The position numbers and the translations under genes are program-made. Under the pieces are notes generated by a model that did not search any database, was not told where the DNA came from, and saw only the letters and a list, made by a program, of their open reading frames with translations. A stretch of 64,000 nucleotides of DNA from assembly GCF_006345805.1 (NCBI RefSeq), contig NC_043009.1:45136001-45200000 (forward strand). The letters run 5' to 3'. The DNA is from Octopus sinensis. Lineage: Eukaryota. Positions 39,756 to 52,609 of this stretch are shown in pieces (the stretch's first letter is position 1; each line of letters starts with the position of its first letter).

Positions 39756-40149
39756 TGCTTACGGCTAGTAATATGATTAGATAAATTACTGTCGAAACAT
39801 TTCGAAGTGAAGTCTCGGTTCTAAGTTATTCGTCTTGTAATATGGATATTTATGCTTGTACGTGTGTGCATGTGCATGTGCTTGTGTGTGTGTGTGTGTG
39901 GTGTGTGTGTGTGTGTGTGTGTGTGTTGTGTGTGTGAGTGTGGGTGTTTTTCTGTGTGAATATGTGTGTTGTGATTCAAAAATGGAAATTTACTTTCACC
40001 TTGCTTCGTTCGCTCCTGGTTCTTTTTGTCGTTTTGTTCCTTTCCTTCTCATAAACCAATGTAAATCATAACCAGCCGTCATTCGCATACGAGTGAGTAT
40101 GGGTTGATAAGGTGTACTATACTTTTGCCAATTATTTTAGGTGCTTACG

Positions 40150-40900
40150 TAATCGCGAGCAATCATAGACACACTCTCGGCTCCCACCACATGTGATCCG
40201 TAGATACTCCCATTGAATCCAACCAGATGGTGAGTTTAGATGTGATAAGTCTGTTCCCCAAAGTCCCAACTTGTGAAGTACTATCGGTGATTCAAGAAAA
40301 ATTAGTGACAGGCACCCATCTAAAAGAACGCACTAGTATACCAATACGAAATATGATGGAAATGTTGTAGAAACTACCTACTTCAGTATTGACAGTAATA
40401 TATATCAACAAGGAGAGGTTTTGGCTATGGGTTCGCCATTATCACCGATAATAGTCAATATATACATGGAATACTTTGAGAGTTTAGCTTTAGGATCAAC
40501 ACCACCAAAACCAACACTCTAGCTGCGATATGTTAAGGGCACCTTTATACTCTGGCCCCACTAGGAAGATGTCCAATTGCTGTTAATTCATGTGAACTCA
40601 ATAAAGCCAGCCATACAGTTCGCAATGGAAAAGGAAAAAGACTATCAGCTAGCATTCCTGGACGTATTAATAACACGCACCAAGTATGGATTCAGGACAT
40701 CCATATACCTTCACTGGACGATACCTCAATTTCAATTCCCACCATCCACACAGTGTAAAGAGAGGGATTGCTCAGTGCCTAAAACATCGAGCAAAGAATA
40801 TAAGTAGCGATCGTGATACCCACCACAAAGAAATGAGCAAGCTCGATAACAAACTATTAAGCAACAAGTACCCCCAAAACAAGCGAATGAGAGGCTGATA
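40150..40900 (+). mobile_element. Penelope-like element (PLE) reverse transcriptase fragment, decayed
   Basis: MVSLDVISLFPKVP, GLAMGSPLSPIIVNIYMEYFE, *LRYVKGTF (YVDD box), IQFAMEKEKDYQLAFLDVLI and YLNFNSHHPHSVKRGI. Confidence 0.92.
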
Positions 40901-41070
40901 AATATAGGAATAAAAATGTCAATCTTCAAAATGGCAGACCGCCTACACCTTTTAAAATTTCTAATAGATCTAAGATAAGAGATAAAAGTGACACAAGCTA
41001 CCAAGGTTAAGAACAATAAATATGAAGGATCCGAAAAATAGGAGGGTATTCCATCTACGGCTGTTTCAGG

Positions 41071-41550
41071 GATCATCATCATCATTGTTCGACCGTGGTC
41101 GAGACAATGGAATTTACTATGTTACGCCAGACTTCACGGTCCATCATAGCATTACGGAGGTCCTGTTGCTGGATGCCTGTATCCCTGGAGATTACATCAG
41201 GGTAGGAGAGTGTGCGCCCTCTGGTATTGCGAGTAGATGGCTTCCAGAGGAGAAGAGTAGAAATCACTTCTTTTTCAGCTCTACAACAATGTCCAGCAAA
41301 CTGGACTCTCCTACCTTTCACAAGAGATGACACAGGTGGTAATTTCCCATATATTTGCATTTTGGTTGGATGGCGCTTCCACGAGAGATTTTGAGTTCTC
41401 ATAAGGAGGCGAGTGTAGGTTCCATCCAACCGCCTCTCAAGTTTCTTTGATAACGTCCAGGTTTCTGAGCCATATAGTAGAATTGGTTCGACTGTGGCTT
41501 TGAATATTTCAAGTTTGAAGTCTCTACTTACATTTGATGACCAGGGATAC
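41071..41550 (-). mobile_element. 5'-truncated RTE-clade LINE 3' end with an intact frame and (TGA)n tail
   Basis: KLEIFKATVEPILLYGSETWTL...RRVQFAGHC...AMMDREVWR...EQ*, followed directly by tgatgatgat. Confidence 0.92.
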
Positions 41551-41674
41551 ATTACCGGTCAGGGTTTAAAAAATTAAAACTTCCATATATGCGTTCGGGA
41601 ATTTGATCGACTGCCTAAGATTTACGTTTTCATTTTCCTCTACTTTGTATATTATATATATATATATATATATA

Positions 41675-41838
41675 TAAGACGGGCATTTTTCAGTTTCTGT
41701 CTCTACCAAATTCACTCACAAGGATTTGGTCGGCCCGAGTCTCGAGTAGAAGGAACCCAATGTGCCACGCAGTGGGAGTGAATCCAGAACCGCGTTATTG
41801 GAAAGCAAGCTTCTTACCACCCAACCATGCCTGCACCT
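41675..41838 (-). mobile_element. SINE family B 5' half
   Basis: tttcagtttctgtctctaccaaattcactcacaagg...gtgccacgcagtggga...cttaccacccaaccatgcctgcacc. Confidence 0.88.
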
Positions 41839-42079
41839 GTACTCAGCTGGTGTAATGACAACTAATGATAAAATAACTACTAATTTTCAAAAGAAAATTT
41901 TTAATGTCCCGTAACATAAAGAGGTTGGTAGAACAAATGCTATTCTAAAAAAAAACAAAAGGAAACAAGTACTTGGGGCGATATGTTCGACTAAACTCAC
42001 CAAGGCGGTGCCCAACCATGGTCACAGTTTAAGTAAAAGATGATAGGTTATCTTAAAATAAAATTACATAAAACAAATT

Positions 42080-42355
42080 TCTTATTTGTATAACTCCTCC
42101 CATATTTACTCTGCCATTTACTCGCTCTCTTCCTTCTGCCTCTGCCCCATACAGCCTGATATGAGCACTCATCATGCGATTTTTATGTTAAGTCTTTATG
42201 TCTCTTTCATGTGACACGTGACTGGAGAAATCAGCCAGCCAACCAACCAGCAAACCAACCAATCAACCAACCAACCAACCAACCAACCAAACAACCGACC
42301 AACCGACCAACCAACTGACCAACGAACGAACGAACCAATCAACCAACCAACCAGC
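42080..42355 (+). repeat. Unclassified dispersed repeat ending in (AACC)n; second copy at about 63170-63360
   Basis: Shared ttatttgtataactcct...cattta.tc.ct.tcttccttct...cactcatc...cgtg.ctgga.aaat.a.ccagcca. Confidence 0.7.
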
Positions 42356-42415
42356 CTACTGTCCGACCTACCGATATTTATATCAGCTATTATTATTATA
42401 ATATATAAAAGTCAG

Positions 42416-42752
42416 TAAGGCGGCGAGCTGGCAGAAACGTTAGCACGCCGGGCAAATGCTTTGTAGTATTTCGTCCGCAGCTGTGTTCTGAGTTCAAATT
42501 GTGCCTTGGTTAGAAAAGAATATATAGAAGTCAGTGAACAGGCATAATCATTAGCATGGCGGTTAAAATACTTAGGAACATTTCCCCCACCCTTACGTTC
42601 TAAGTTCATATTCCACCGAGGTCGACTTTGCCTCCCATTCTTCGGATTCGATAAATTAAGTGCCAGTGAAACACTGGGGTTGATGAAATCGACTAGTCCC
42701 CTCCTACAAAAATTCAGGCCCTGTGTCTTCGATGGAAAGGATTATTATTATC
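42416..42752 (+). mobile_element. SINE family A: truncated head followed by a complete copy
   Basis: aaggcggcgagctggcagaaacgttagc at 42417, then a second body ending ggaaaggattattattat. Confidence 0.85.
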
Positions 42753-42964
42753 AATGATATCAATACGCTAACTTTTTGTTTTTGTATGTACCTGTTGCGT
42801 GCGTCACATTTACTTCAATGAAGTGTCAAAGCGAGTGAGAGAAGGACATAGAGGAAGTAAGAGAGAGAGAGAAAGGGAGAGTGAGAGAAAAATGAGAGAG
42901 TGGGAGAGAAAGGGAGATTGAGAGAGAAAGTGAGAGAGTAAGAGAGAAAAGGTAGGGAATGGAA

Positions 42965-43195
42965 GAGACAGTGAGTGGTGACGGCGTTCGTTTTGTGTTT
43001 TTAAATGTTTCAAAGCGGAAGTAATAGAGAAAGAGACAGTGAGTGGTGACAGCGTTCGCTTTGTGTTTTTGAATGTTTCAGAGAGGATGTTTAGAGGGAA
43101 AGAAAGAGAGTGAGAGAAGAGAAACTGAGAAAGAGAGAGAGAGTGAAAGAGACAATGAGTAGTAACGGTGTTCGTTTTGTGTTTTTAAATGTTTA
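42965..43195 (+). repeat. Three spaced copies of a motif of about 45 bp within a GA-rich tract
   Basis: gagacagtgagtggtgacggcgttcgttttgtgtttttaaatgtttc variants at about 42966, 43033 and 43149. Confidence 0.85.
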
Positions 43196-43844
43196 TCACA
43201 TCGCAAGAGAAGTAGGTACATAGATACGTATACACATTGTTAAATAAAAGCGGGAGAGACTAGGGACACAAAGGAAATGAAAGAGAAAGAGTGAAACAGA
43301 GAGAGACAGTAGATACATAATTCCAAAGAAAAGATCATATATATACATACACACAGCAAATATCGGATGTCAATTTCCCTTTTCACTACCACACGAGGAT
43401 AAAATTAACTCACAAATGACTGAGTATTCCACAGACCTGCATAAAAGCCTCCCACAGAAAACGAGAAGGCGGCCACTTTGAATTACAGCTACAACTCAAC
43501 ACACACACACACGCACACATATATGAATGTATTTGTGTGTGTGTATAGTTTAGGTTAGTTAAAACATGTTTGCAATAAGTGTCGCGTGGTGGAAATAAAT
43601 GCAATTACCAAACTGTCATTTATAAACCCACTTATTTCGTTCTTTTGCATTTCAATTTGTACATTAAAGTCCTTTGAATGTGTACGATGTATTTTAAGCT
43701 TAAATGCCTGACCCTAATTCCGTTTACGTTTGTGTAACAAACATTTTGGTTGGATTATATAGTCATTGGTGTTACATTACTTTCTATATTCTGTAATTGT
43801 CACGATATACTTTTCTAGGCTTGATTTTTTTGTGGAGAAAGAGG

Positions 43845-44278
43845 GGGGATTGACTAGATCGACCCCAGTACACAACTGATACTAAACTTATGGACTCCTA
43901 AAGGACGAAAGGCAAAGTCGATCTCGGCAGAATTTGAACTCAGAACGTAAAGACAGACGGTCATAATATACAGACATTTCTCATAGCACCAGTACACTGT
44001 TTACAGATGCTTACATCTTTTATGTTTTCCGTGAATTCTTCACGGGTCCAGCTAGTATATATTAAAGTCGGTGAGCTGGCAGAATCATTAGCAAGCTGGG
44101 TAAAATGCTTATCAGCATTTCGTTCACCCTTACGTTCTGAGTTCAAATCTCACCGTGGACGACTTTGCCTTTCATCCTTTCGGGGTTGATAAAATAAGTA
44201 TCAATTGAACTGATATAATCGGCTTGTCCTCTCCCTCGAACTTGTTGACCTTGTGCCAAAATTTGAAACCATTATTAT
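43845..44278. mobile_element. Two oppositely oriented SINE A copies (43845-43960 minus; 44066-44278 plus)
   Basis: Both carry the ttcaaat...gactttgcctttc.tccttt core, in opposite orientations. Confidence 0.85.
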
Positions 44279-44934
44279 GATCATTATTATATTGAGATCT
44301 AAGTGTCTTTGAGAAATAAATACTACACCACCCCACCTCATTTTCCAGCAAATAACAAAGAAACCAATCAACAAGCAAAACAGTGAATTTAACCTATTTT
44401 AGTATCTTGGAGTAACCATAAATAATTTTTTGGTAGTGCAATAATACATTGATATAAATGTACCAGAAAGTAACTTTACTATGTCATTCTCTAGTGTTTC
44501 CAAACTTTAGACTATACAGAAAATCATCTCGACCGAGAGAAAAGAAAAAAAAATGTGAATAATAAATATGAAAATAGAAATCAACTTAAGAGAAAGAGAT
44601 GGCTAAAGACAGAGAGAAAGATAGAAAAGGAAAGCTGGAGAGAGGCTGGAGAAGGAAAGGATGAAGCGGGGAAGGGGAGAGAACCGCCATCAATATTTTG
44701 TTTTTGCTTTCGTTGTTTTTCTCCCGTTTTTTCCCTTTTTCTTTATACATTAACTCGTTTGATTTTCCACATTAACTTGGAATCTTTAATTCTTTTTCCA
44801 TTGTATTTAGTTGTTTAGTTGTTTTTATGTATTTTGTTTATTCTATCAGATTATATCTTGATGTTGATGGATAAGTGATTCTTGAAATCACAAATGTATT
44901 AATGTATTCATGACTGTAGAATTGTTATAGTGAG

Positions 44935-45160
44935 TTAGAGGGAGATAGAGAGAGAGGTATAGAGAGCGCGCGCGCGCGACAGAGAGAGAGAGAGAGAAAG
45001 AGTGAGAGAGAAGAAAGTGAAAGAGGGAGAGAAAGAAAGACAGAAAATACAGAGAGAGAAAGAGAAGGGAAGACAGAGAAGGAATGATAGGGAGAAATAG
45101 AATAGAAGACAAAGTGAGAAAGAGGGAGAGAACGTTGAACGGGAGATTTAAAGTGAAATA

Positions 45161-45196
<36 letters not shown>

Positions 45197-45760
45197 TGAG
45201 AGTGAGAGAGTGGAAGAAAAGGCTGTTGGGTGTGGTAGAATCCTTATATTAGTAGCTATAGTCATCGATAAGAGAGTGACAGTGAGAGACACAATAGGAG
45301 TTATAGAGTGTGAAAGAAGGAGAGAGAGAATCAAAAAGAAAGAGTGAGAGTTAGAGGAGGGAAGGGAAGACAGAGAAAGAAGGTCAGTGAAAATCGAATG
45401 AGAGATATAGAGTGAGGAAGAGAGGTAGAGAATGAGAGATGTAGAGCGGGAGATGCAGAATGAGAGAGAGAGCTAGGGAGAGGGAGAGAGAGAAACAGTA
45501 AGAGTGAAAGATAAAGAGTGAGAAGGAGAGAGAGACAGAAGGAAAAGAGAAAGTGGTTGATAGAAAAAGAAAGTTAAAAATGAGAATGTGGGGGTGATAG
45601 AATGGGAATAAGAAAGAGAGAGAACTAGTGAAAGATATAGTGGAAAATGCAGAATGAGAGAGAAAGAGAGAGAGATAAGGGGGAGAAATAAGGAGAGAGA
45701 GAGAGAGAGAAAGAGGGAGAAATAGAGAGATAGAGATAAAGAGAGAGAGAGAGAGAGAGA
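44935..45760. repeat. GA-rich low-complexity tract containing a motif of about 60 bp shared with 32212-32272
   Basis: gttgg.tg.ggtagaa.ccttatatt.g.agctatagtcatcgat occurs at both sites. Confidence 0.85.
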
Positions 45761-46019
45761 TTATTCTAACAACATCGGATCCAAATGTATAGAGACACTA
45801 GCATCCATGTCACAAAACCTCATATCACATATCGGTTACAAGGTCACAATGTTAGGTATTAAATTGTTAAATCTATATATAAACTTTAAAACACTTTTCT
45901 AGTTAGAATCCCTGCCCTTCTTGCCAATGCTAGAGCTTATTTTTTCCTTATATGATGTGGAATCAGCTTTTATTATTGGTTTCCAAATATAAAGCTGTAT
46001 AGAAGTATACAACGTGTCA

Positions 46020-46552
46020 ACCAAGCAGAATCATTACCATATCTGACAAAGTGCTTAGCTACATTTCTTCTAGGTCTTTACATTCTGAGTTCAAAGCACT
46101 TCGGGATCAACTTTACATTTCATCCTTTCGTGGCCGATGAAATAACATACCAGGCAGATAATGGGGTCGATGTAATAGACTTTCCCCCTCCCCTTAAAAA
46201 CAGTCTTGAACCCTGCAACGGGCCTGCTTCATGTTCAAGGGAAATGCGATCTCGATCGCTTATAAGCCAAGCAAAAGTGGTAACTACTCTAATTAGCGAG
46301 AGGGGTCGTAAAAAAACTATATATACCATAGAGCAAGAGAAAATTGTTTCAGAATCTTAGCACAAGCCCAGAAATTTCAGGGGTTTATCGATTACATCGC
46401 CCCAGTACGCAAGTAGCATTCATTTTATTGGCCTCGAAAGGATGAAAGGCAAAATCAGCCCCGGCGGAATTTGAACTAAAAACGTAAAGACGGAGGGAAT
46501 GCCGCTAAGCCTTTAATCCGGCGTGCTAACGATTCTGTCAGCCCGCCGCCTT
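46020..46552. mobile_element. Inverted pair of SINE A copies (46020-46200 plus; 46360-46552 minus)
   Basis: Core motifs in opposite orientations. Confidence 0.82.
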
Positions 46553-47359
46553 GGGCAAGAGAAATATTATTGGTACATCTAATGAGTGTATAGTGTACTA
46601 CAGAATAAAGCATGAACAATACAACGTAATTCTTTCCATATCGAAAAATGCAGAACCTTTGGAAATATTTCAATGAAATCAATATAGAAACTGCACCAGA
46701 TGTTTCATAACTAAATCAGCATTTAACGTTACATTCAGTTTAGAATAATGCCTGACTTATGGGACATTTGATCTGGTAAATAAACTACAATCCCCATTTC
46801 CACCATCATAGCAATGGACAGTCAGGTTATGTTATATAAGAATAATATAAAGGTCAACGTATTGAAAACTGTTATTTTACGTAACAAGTGAACTAGTGAG
46901 TGGTCAATTGGAATTCTTATCACAACAACGCAAGTGTTCACAAATAAATTCTATAAAAATGTCGTTAATTAAAGGGTAAGAGAACTTTGTTGGCGAATCT
47001 GCTTCGATTTTTCGATATATTTGCTATATTTATGTTGATGTAATTAACCCTCTAAAACACATGAACTTCACAGATCTTGTTTTGTTAACTCTCAAATCAA
47101 ATAGAATAAATCACCATTTCTTGTGTATCAGCGATAAAGGAAGTGAAGCAATACATTTCATTTATCTAAATTTTTTATAGAAAATAAATAATATTTGGCA
47201 TATTTAAAAAAGAAAAAAAATATCAGCTAATAAAGATAAATGTCAATAATTTGTGAATGGACTTGTAATTACTTTTATTGAATCATTCGGAAAAGATTTG
47301 GCAGCTTTTTTTCTTTTTTTTACCGATCATTAATAATTTTTGCATGAAAAAATCTCAAT

Positions 47360-47987
47360 GCATATCTGGTATTTATTTTATCGATCAAAAGGGGGTGAAA
47401 ACCAAGCATAAAACTCGGCAGGATTTGAAGGTACATAAAAGGACGTGTATAAATGTATATTATCCAAGATTTTATCGTATCCAGCGCCCCGTGGGGAGTC
47501 ATAGTTGCACATAATTGGCTGTTATTATTTAGACCTAAGGGAAGGCGGCGAGCTGGCAGAATTGTAAGTACGCCAAGAAAAATGCTTAGCGGCATTTCGT
47601 CCGTCGTTACGTTCTGAGTTCAAATTCTGCCAAGATCTACTTTGCCTTTCATCCTTTCGGAGTCGATAAAATAAGTACCAGTTGAGCACTGGAATCAATG
47701 TAATCGACTGGCCCCTTTCCCCAAAATTTCAGGCTGTGTGCCTATATCAGAAAGGATTATTTCGGCTTAGGAAAAGGCAGCGAGATGGCAAAATCATTAG
47801 CTCGCAGGACAAAATGCTTAGCAGCATTTCATCCGTCTTTCCGTTCTGAGTTCAAATTCCACCGAAGTCGACTTTGCTTTTAATCCTTCCGGGATCGATG
47901 AAATAAGAACCAGTAAGTATTAGAGGTTGATGTAATCGACTAACACTTTGCCCCAATATTGCACGTCTTTTGCCAAAATTTGAAACA
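47360..47987. mobile_element. Cluster of three SINE A copies (47360-47500 minus, decayed; 47542-47761 plus; 47774-47987 plus)
   Basis: Heads aaggcggcgagctggcagaa and aaggcagcgagatggcaaaa, with the shared core and two different tails. Confidence 0.9.
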
Positions 47988-48949
47988 ATTCTGTATGAAG
48001 AGATTTATTGCAAAGGAGGGTCTGTTCGTGACCATCCTGTATTTTTATACACGTGGGAGTGATGCAAGGATGATCAATTGTCATAACACATATTTTATTA
48101 GCTGATAGCATTTTCGAAAAGGCCGATTCTGTTTGAACATAATGAAAACCAAAATACAACCAGCAAGTTTTTTAAGTCACAAAAATAAAGTTGCAAAGTT
48201 TTGGTGAGGCTTTATTAAAGATGGACCATTCCTCAATTACTGAGGATATAAAAAGATGTGATATTAGTCTTATGGAAGTTGTTGATTTTGCTATGGATAG
48301 GAACCAGCAGTATAAGTAGATTAGCCAGATTCTAAGGTTCAGCATCTCTTATGTTATCGACAACTTTTTATGGAAAGGAAAAAGGGGGTCTAAGAGATCG
48401 ATAAAAAAGTAGCGGAAGAAAGCCCTATTGTCCAATTTACAACGGTTAGGTAGGATTTGAGAGAGTATAGCATATATTTCTAGTAGATAAAGTGCCTTTA
48501 TAGTGGCTTTCGTGTCTGCTGGTACGATATTCAAGTGGAATATTTTACAGATGGTTATGCTTCAAAGGAAAAAATTTTACAGAGATTAGCAATTTTGTTT
48601 TGCACCCATGGTAGGAATCTCATATTTATGGAGCAGATGGTGGATTAGATAAGTGTCACAAGAAATATGAAGTTTGAAATATTAGAAACCTCATTTTTTT
48701 AAATAGATGTAACTATAATTTTCATTAAACTAATGAATGATGCATGTTTGTCAATCATTTTGGTTTAGTGATGGATGCTAATTAGTACGAAAAGAACTCG
48801 AATTAGTAGCAATTTGTTTCAATTAGGCATAATTTGAATCGATTGGAAAGGACATAAAGAATCCTTAAAGCATAAAAAAGCATAAACATGACGTATTGGA
48901 TAGTGGTAAATTCATTATATTAGGAAAGAAAATAATTAAATTTCGACGG

Positions 48950-50280
48950 AAAAAGTTTAAGTTGATGCTATGAATGTATGTTGTTTGAAAGCTCTTCCAA
49001 ATTGGGCATTAATCTTTATAGCAAGACTTAATTATCCAGGTGAGCATCGGTCAGTTTTGTTTTCAAATGGATCTTGTGATTCATTTATGAAAATAATTGC
49101 TCACACAGATAAATGCTGCCAAACAACAATTCCATCACATTTTCGAGTGGATGATTAAGTTAGAAAACTTCATGCTTGGGTGAATATATTTTCTTTATAG
49201 AAGTCAAATACTGACACATCTTCAGAATTAATTTCTGATATCAATATATCGTCAAAACCATCTTAATTAATTAATTCCATTTTTTAATTTTCTGATGCAT
49301 TGTCCACTTTCACCTTAAATTAAATAGGCCTGAACTAATTTGCATGCAAGCAAAAAACAAAAAACAAAAAACAAAACAAAACAAACAAACAAAAAGCAAA
49401 AAAAAAAAACAAAACAAAAAAACAAACAAATAAAAAAGGATGAGAAATTTTTCATTATAATTCATTTCTTAATTCATGAACCATAATCCCAAAGTGTCTA
49501 AATCCTCTCCTTCACTTTTTGAGAAGTGAAAAAGAATGTCCCGCTGGTGTATCTCGCATTATATGTTTATACGAATTATAATGTAATGTTCACGAGAAAT
49601 ACCAAATTTGCAAGTTAACCAGAAGTATGATTGTGGTGAACTACCCAAATTTCTTCTTTCAATGAATATTGTCACGACTTCTTTCCGTGCAAATATTTTT
49701 TGCATCATTGGCCATTGATTAATCCATCGTATATTGCAGAAATAAGGAGGTACCCATATTTTATCTCCGTATCCAACAAACTGCTCAAACTGAGAGTGAT
49801 TTTATTCATGACATACGTGGGATCATATTTACTGTATTCAGGAACAAAAAACTCTACAAATTTTTTTTTTAGTTTCAAGCATTTGGTATATAATTTCTGT
49901 GCGATTTTGAAGCTTTCGATTTGTCCTTGCAAAAATGCCATGATTCTTTTTTCTGGAATGTCATTAGTTGCTGGAATGTCATTAGTTGTGATTTTAATTA
50001 ATTTCGACACACTAACTTCAGTTTCTCACGTCGTTTTAAACACAGCTACCAGTGTTTCTCAAATGTGTACTCTCAATAAGCTCAACTAAAAAAATAAAGA
50101 AGAGCGCAAAAGGAAACAAGGCATATCTTTGCAATCATTTCTTATATAAATTTAAACATTTGCCGACATTTCTTAGTCATGTGATCTTCTTTGCAGATAG
50201 GATGATAAATACATATAAATATTTCCTTTTTACGACAAACAATGTCCCTAATCGGCAATAAACATATTTTGACAAGCTTT
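48950..50280 (-). mobile_element. Heavily decayed hAT transposase (SPIN/Charlie-like)
   Basis: C-terminal dimerisation-like motif LFGSIYLCEQLFS*M..KTKLTDAHLDN at about 49030-49130. Weaker N-terminal CLL...KE...YH and ISAIYDG (TTDG-like) matches upstream. Confidence 0.6.
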
Positions 50281-50479
50281 CAATCTGTAGAAGGTATCAT
50301 CTTTACCGCAATGTCTTGAGACTCCGTCGCTAGCAGGGACATTTGCTTTATTTTCACTGCTCTCTTGGCCAAAATGCCGTTAGATTTCTGAAACTAGCCC
50401 CCATTTACTCGTTTTCATATTTCATTGCGGATCAGTAAATTTATCTAATTCCCAGTACAGAGAGGAGAGTCGTCTTTAT

Positions 50480-50830
50480 TGTTACGACTCTTCGATCGCG
50501 GTAGATCGGTTCGGTGAGAAGACCAGTCCATCATTCTTAATGGGTGTTATAGAATTCTTCCTGTCCTAATTCTTGGTTGGAAATCTCAACTCTCCCCTGC
50601 CAAAGTTTTGTGTCGCGCAATGGAAGTTTTGAATGTCTCAGATTGGTTTAAGGTACTTTTCATTTGGATTTTTTATTTTCGATAACTGCACTTTTGTGAA
50701 CTTTAGTACTACACACCTACACATAATTCTTTTTCTTGTGTGTTCTTCTAGACCTGTTTCCGTATGTTTATGGATATTAATTCTCCAAACCTAGTTAATT
50801 TTGCTTTTGGCATTTTCACAAATCCTGTGA
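50480..50830 (-). mobile_element. Possible N-terminal fragment of an RLE retrotransposon ORF
   Basis: EISNQELGQ..PIKNDG resembles the segment before DQAEAIRKNGW in the 6357 element. Very decayed. Confidence 0.3.
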
Positions 50831-51639
50831 GGATAGAGAAATTTATTCTTGCATTAAAACCCCGTCAGCAAAATCATAACAACCGGTTTGTTAGCGACGA
50901 TATTGACATTATTAATGGTATTCATATTAACACTGGATAGTGCGGCGGCAGCGGCGGTGGTGGCTGTACTGATACTATTGGTAATGTTGTTACTATTCAT
51001 TTTTGTATTTCTCATCTTCAATGTTGTTGTTGCTGTTATTCAGTGTAACAGGGCTATAGTGGTGGTGTCATTGTCATCATTAATTTCATTTTCGTTGCCA
51101 TTACCGTTGTTGTTGTTGTTTCTCTCGGCGTTGGTGGTAGTGATATTTTGGGTGAAAATGGAGATTGCTGTACCCTTGGGTATTCTGTCAAAAATTTCGA
51201 CATCATGTTTTGATTTCTTTTTTTTAAATGGGCAAGTTCCAGTACAAATTAGTAACTTTCGTTTCGAAGAGTGAAACCAAAATAACTGACCAGTTCCTTA
51301 GGATCCCGGTCAGTTTAGCAACAATAAATAAGTAAAGTTTCAAAACAGACTTTTAAAATAATGTTGAAACAATCGAAACTTATGAGTGATTGAAAGGAAG
51401 TGTATTGACAATATAAAATCACTAATAACAACATCACCACCAACAGCAGCAATAATGACAATAATAATTCTTTCTAATTTTGACAGAAGGCAAACAATTT
51501 TAAGGATGGGGGGTAAGTCGATTGCATTGATCCTACAACTTTCTTGGTGCTTTATTTTATTGACCAAGAAAGGATGAAAGAAAAGATTGACCCACTGGAA
51601 TCTAAACTCATAATCTAAAGTGTGACAAGGTATAGGCAA

Positions 51640-52505
51640 AAACTGATAAAGCTCAACCAGAAAGGAAATACAAAATTGGTGGAAAAGGAGACGAAAGTAT
51701 TAAGCAGATAGCACAAAAAGAATAAAGTATGTACGACTGTGTCGGTAAAAGAGTGATTTGAGATGTTAGCTGAGTGTGTGGATTCAAAATGACAGGAAAG
51801 TGGAGCGAACTTGATTCAGAGGCTGTGGTGGTGAATAACAGTTACAAGATGTTATGGGATTTTCTTAAAAAATTTTCATATTGTTGAAGCAAGGGGGTCA
51901 GATATGAATATAGAGGACAAAAATACAAAAAATGAACAGTGTAAGGGTATTGACATTGTAATGTCGTATGATAGGGAGAGGGGAAGCCGAATAAATTTAG
52001 AAAACTGAGAAATATCAGGGCTTAATCTCAGAGATGAAATGACTGTGGACGGCAAAGGTGGTATTTGTTCCTATGGTAATTGGTGCACTTGGCATAACAT
52101 CAAAGCTGCTACCTAAGATACTGATGGATACTAGAACTGAAAAATGTTTAATCGATCTTCAGAAAAGTGCCATTTTGTATTGTGCAATAAAGACGGCGAG
52201 CTGGCAGAACGTTCGCACGCCGGGCGAAATGCTTAGCGGTATTTCGTCTGTCTTTACGTTCTGAGTTCAAATTCCGCTGAGGTCGACTTTGCCTTTCATC
52301 CTTTCGGGGTCGATAAATTAAGTAACAGTTACGTACTGGAGTCGATGTAATCGACTGAACTCCTCTATCAAAATTTCGGGCTTTGTGTCTAGAGTAGAAA
52401 AGATTCTTTATTGTGCAATAATCTCAAGAAAGATTCATGAGATTTGAGAAGATTTCAGATTTGTAGTTATCAAACCTCAAAACAACATTCCAGCTAAATA
52501 AAGCA
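51640..52505 (+). mobile_element. RLE retrotransposon 3' part, decayed, interrupted by SINE A
   Basis: KMLWDF, IDIVMSYD, KVVFVPMVIGALG and LQKSAILYCAI; the frame resumes after the SINE as ISRKIHEI*. Confidence 0.85.
52191..52408 (+). mobile_element. Full-length SINE family A, 13-bp TSD
   Basis: TATTGTGCAATAA at 52178-52190 and 52409-52421. Confidence 0.95.
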
Positions 52506-52525
52506 TCATGCAATAGCTATCGTAT

Positions 52526-52538
52526 AATGATGATGATG

Positions 52539-52570
<32 letters not shown>

Positions 52571-52607
52571 GATGATAATAATAATAATGATAATAATAAT
52601 AATAATA
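52526..52607. repeat. (TGA)n(TAA)n microsatellite
   Basis: Directly visible. Confidence 0.97.
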
Positions 52608-52609
52608 AT

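Noticed and set aside
48180-48700. Possible LINE RT fragment
   Set aside because: No diagnostic motif could be recovered by eye.
49350-49436. A-rich tract as a retrocopy poly(A) tail
   Set aside because: It is an (AAAC)n-type repeat inside the hAT relic, with no upstream mRNA-like sequence or TSD.
50130-50220. HPICKEDHMTKKC on the minus strand as a BEL/Pao gag knuckle
   Set aside because: No LTR, protease, RT or integrase nearby. The context fits the decayed hAT better.
50888-51274. Hydrophobic 128-aa ORF resembling a membrane protein
   Set aside because: Derived from degenerate GTT/GGT/ATT triplet low-complexity sequence, with a non-ATG start.
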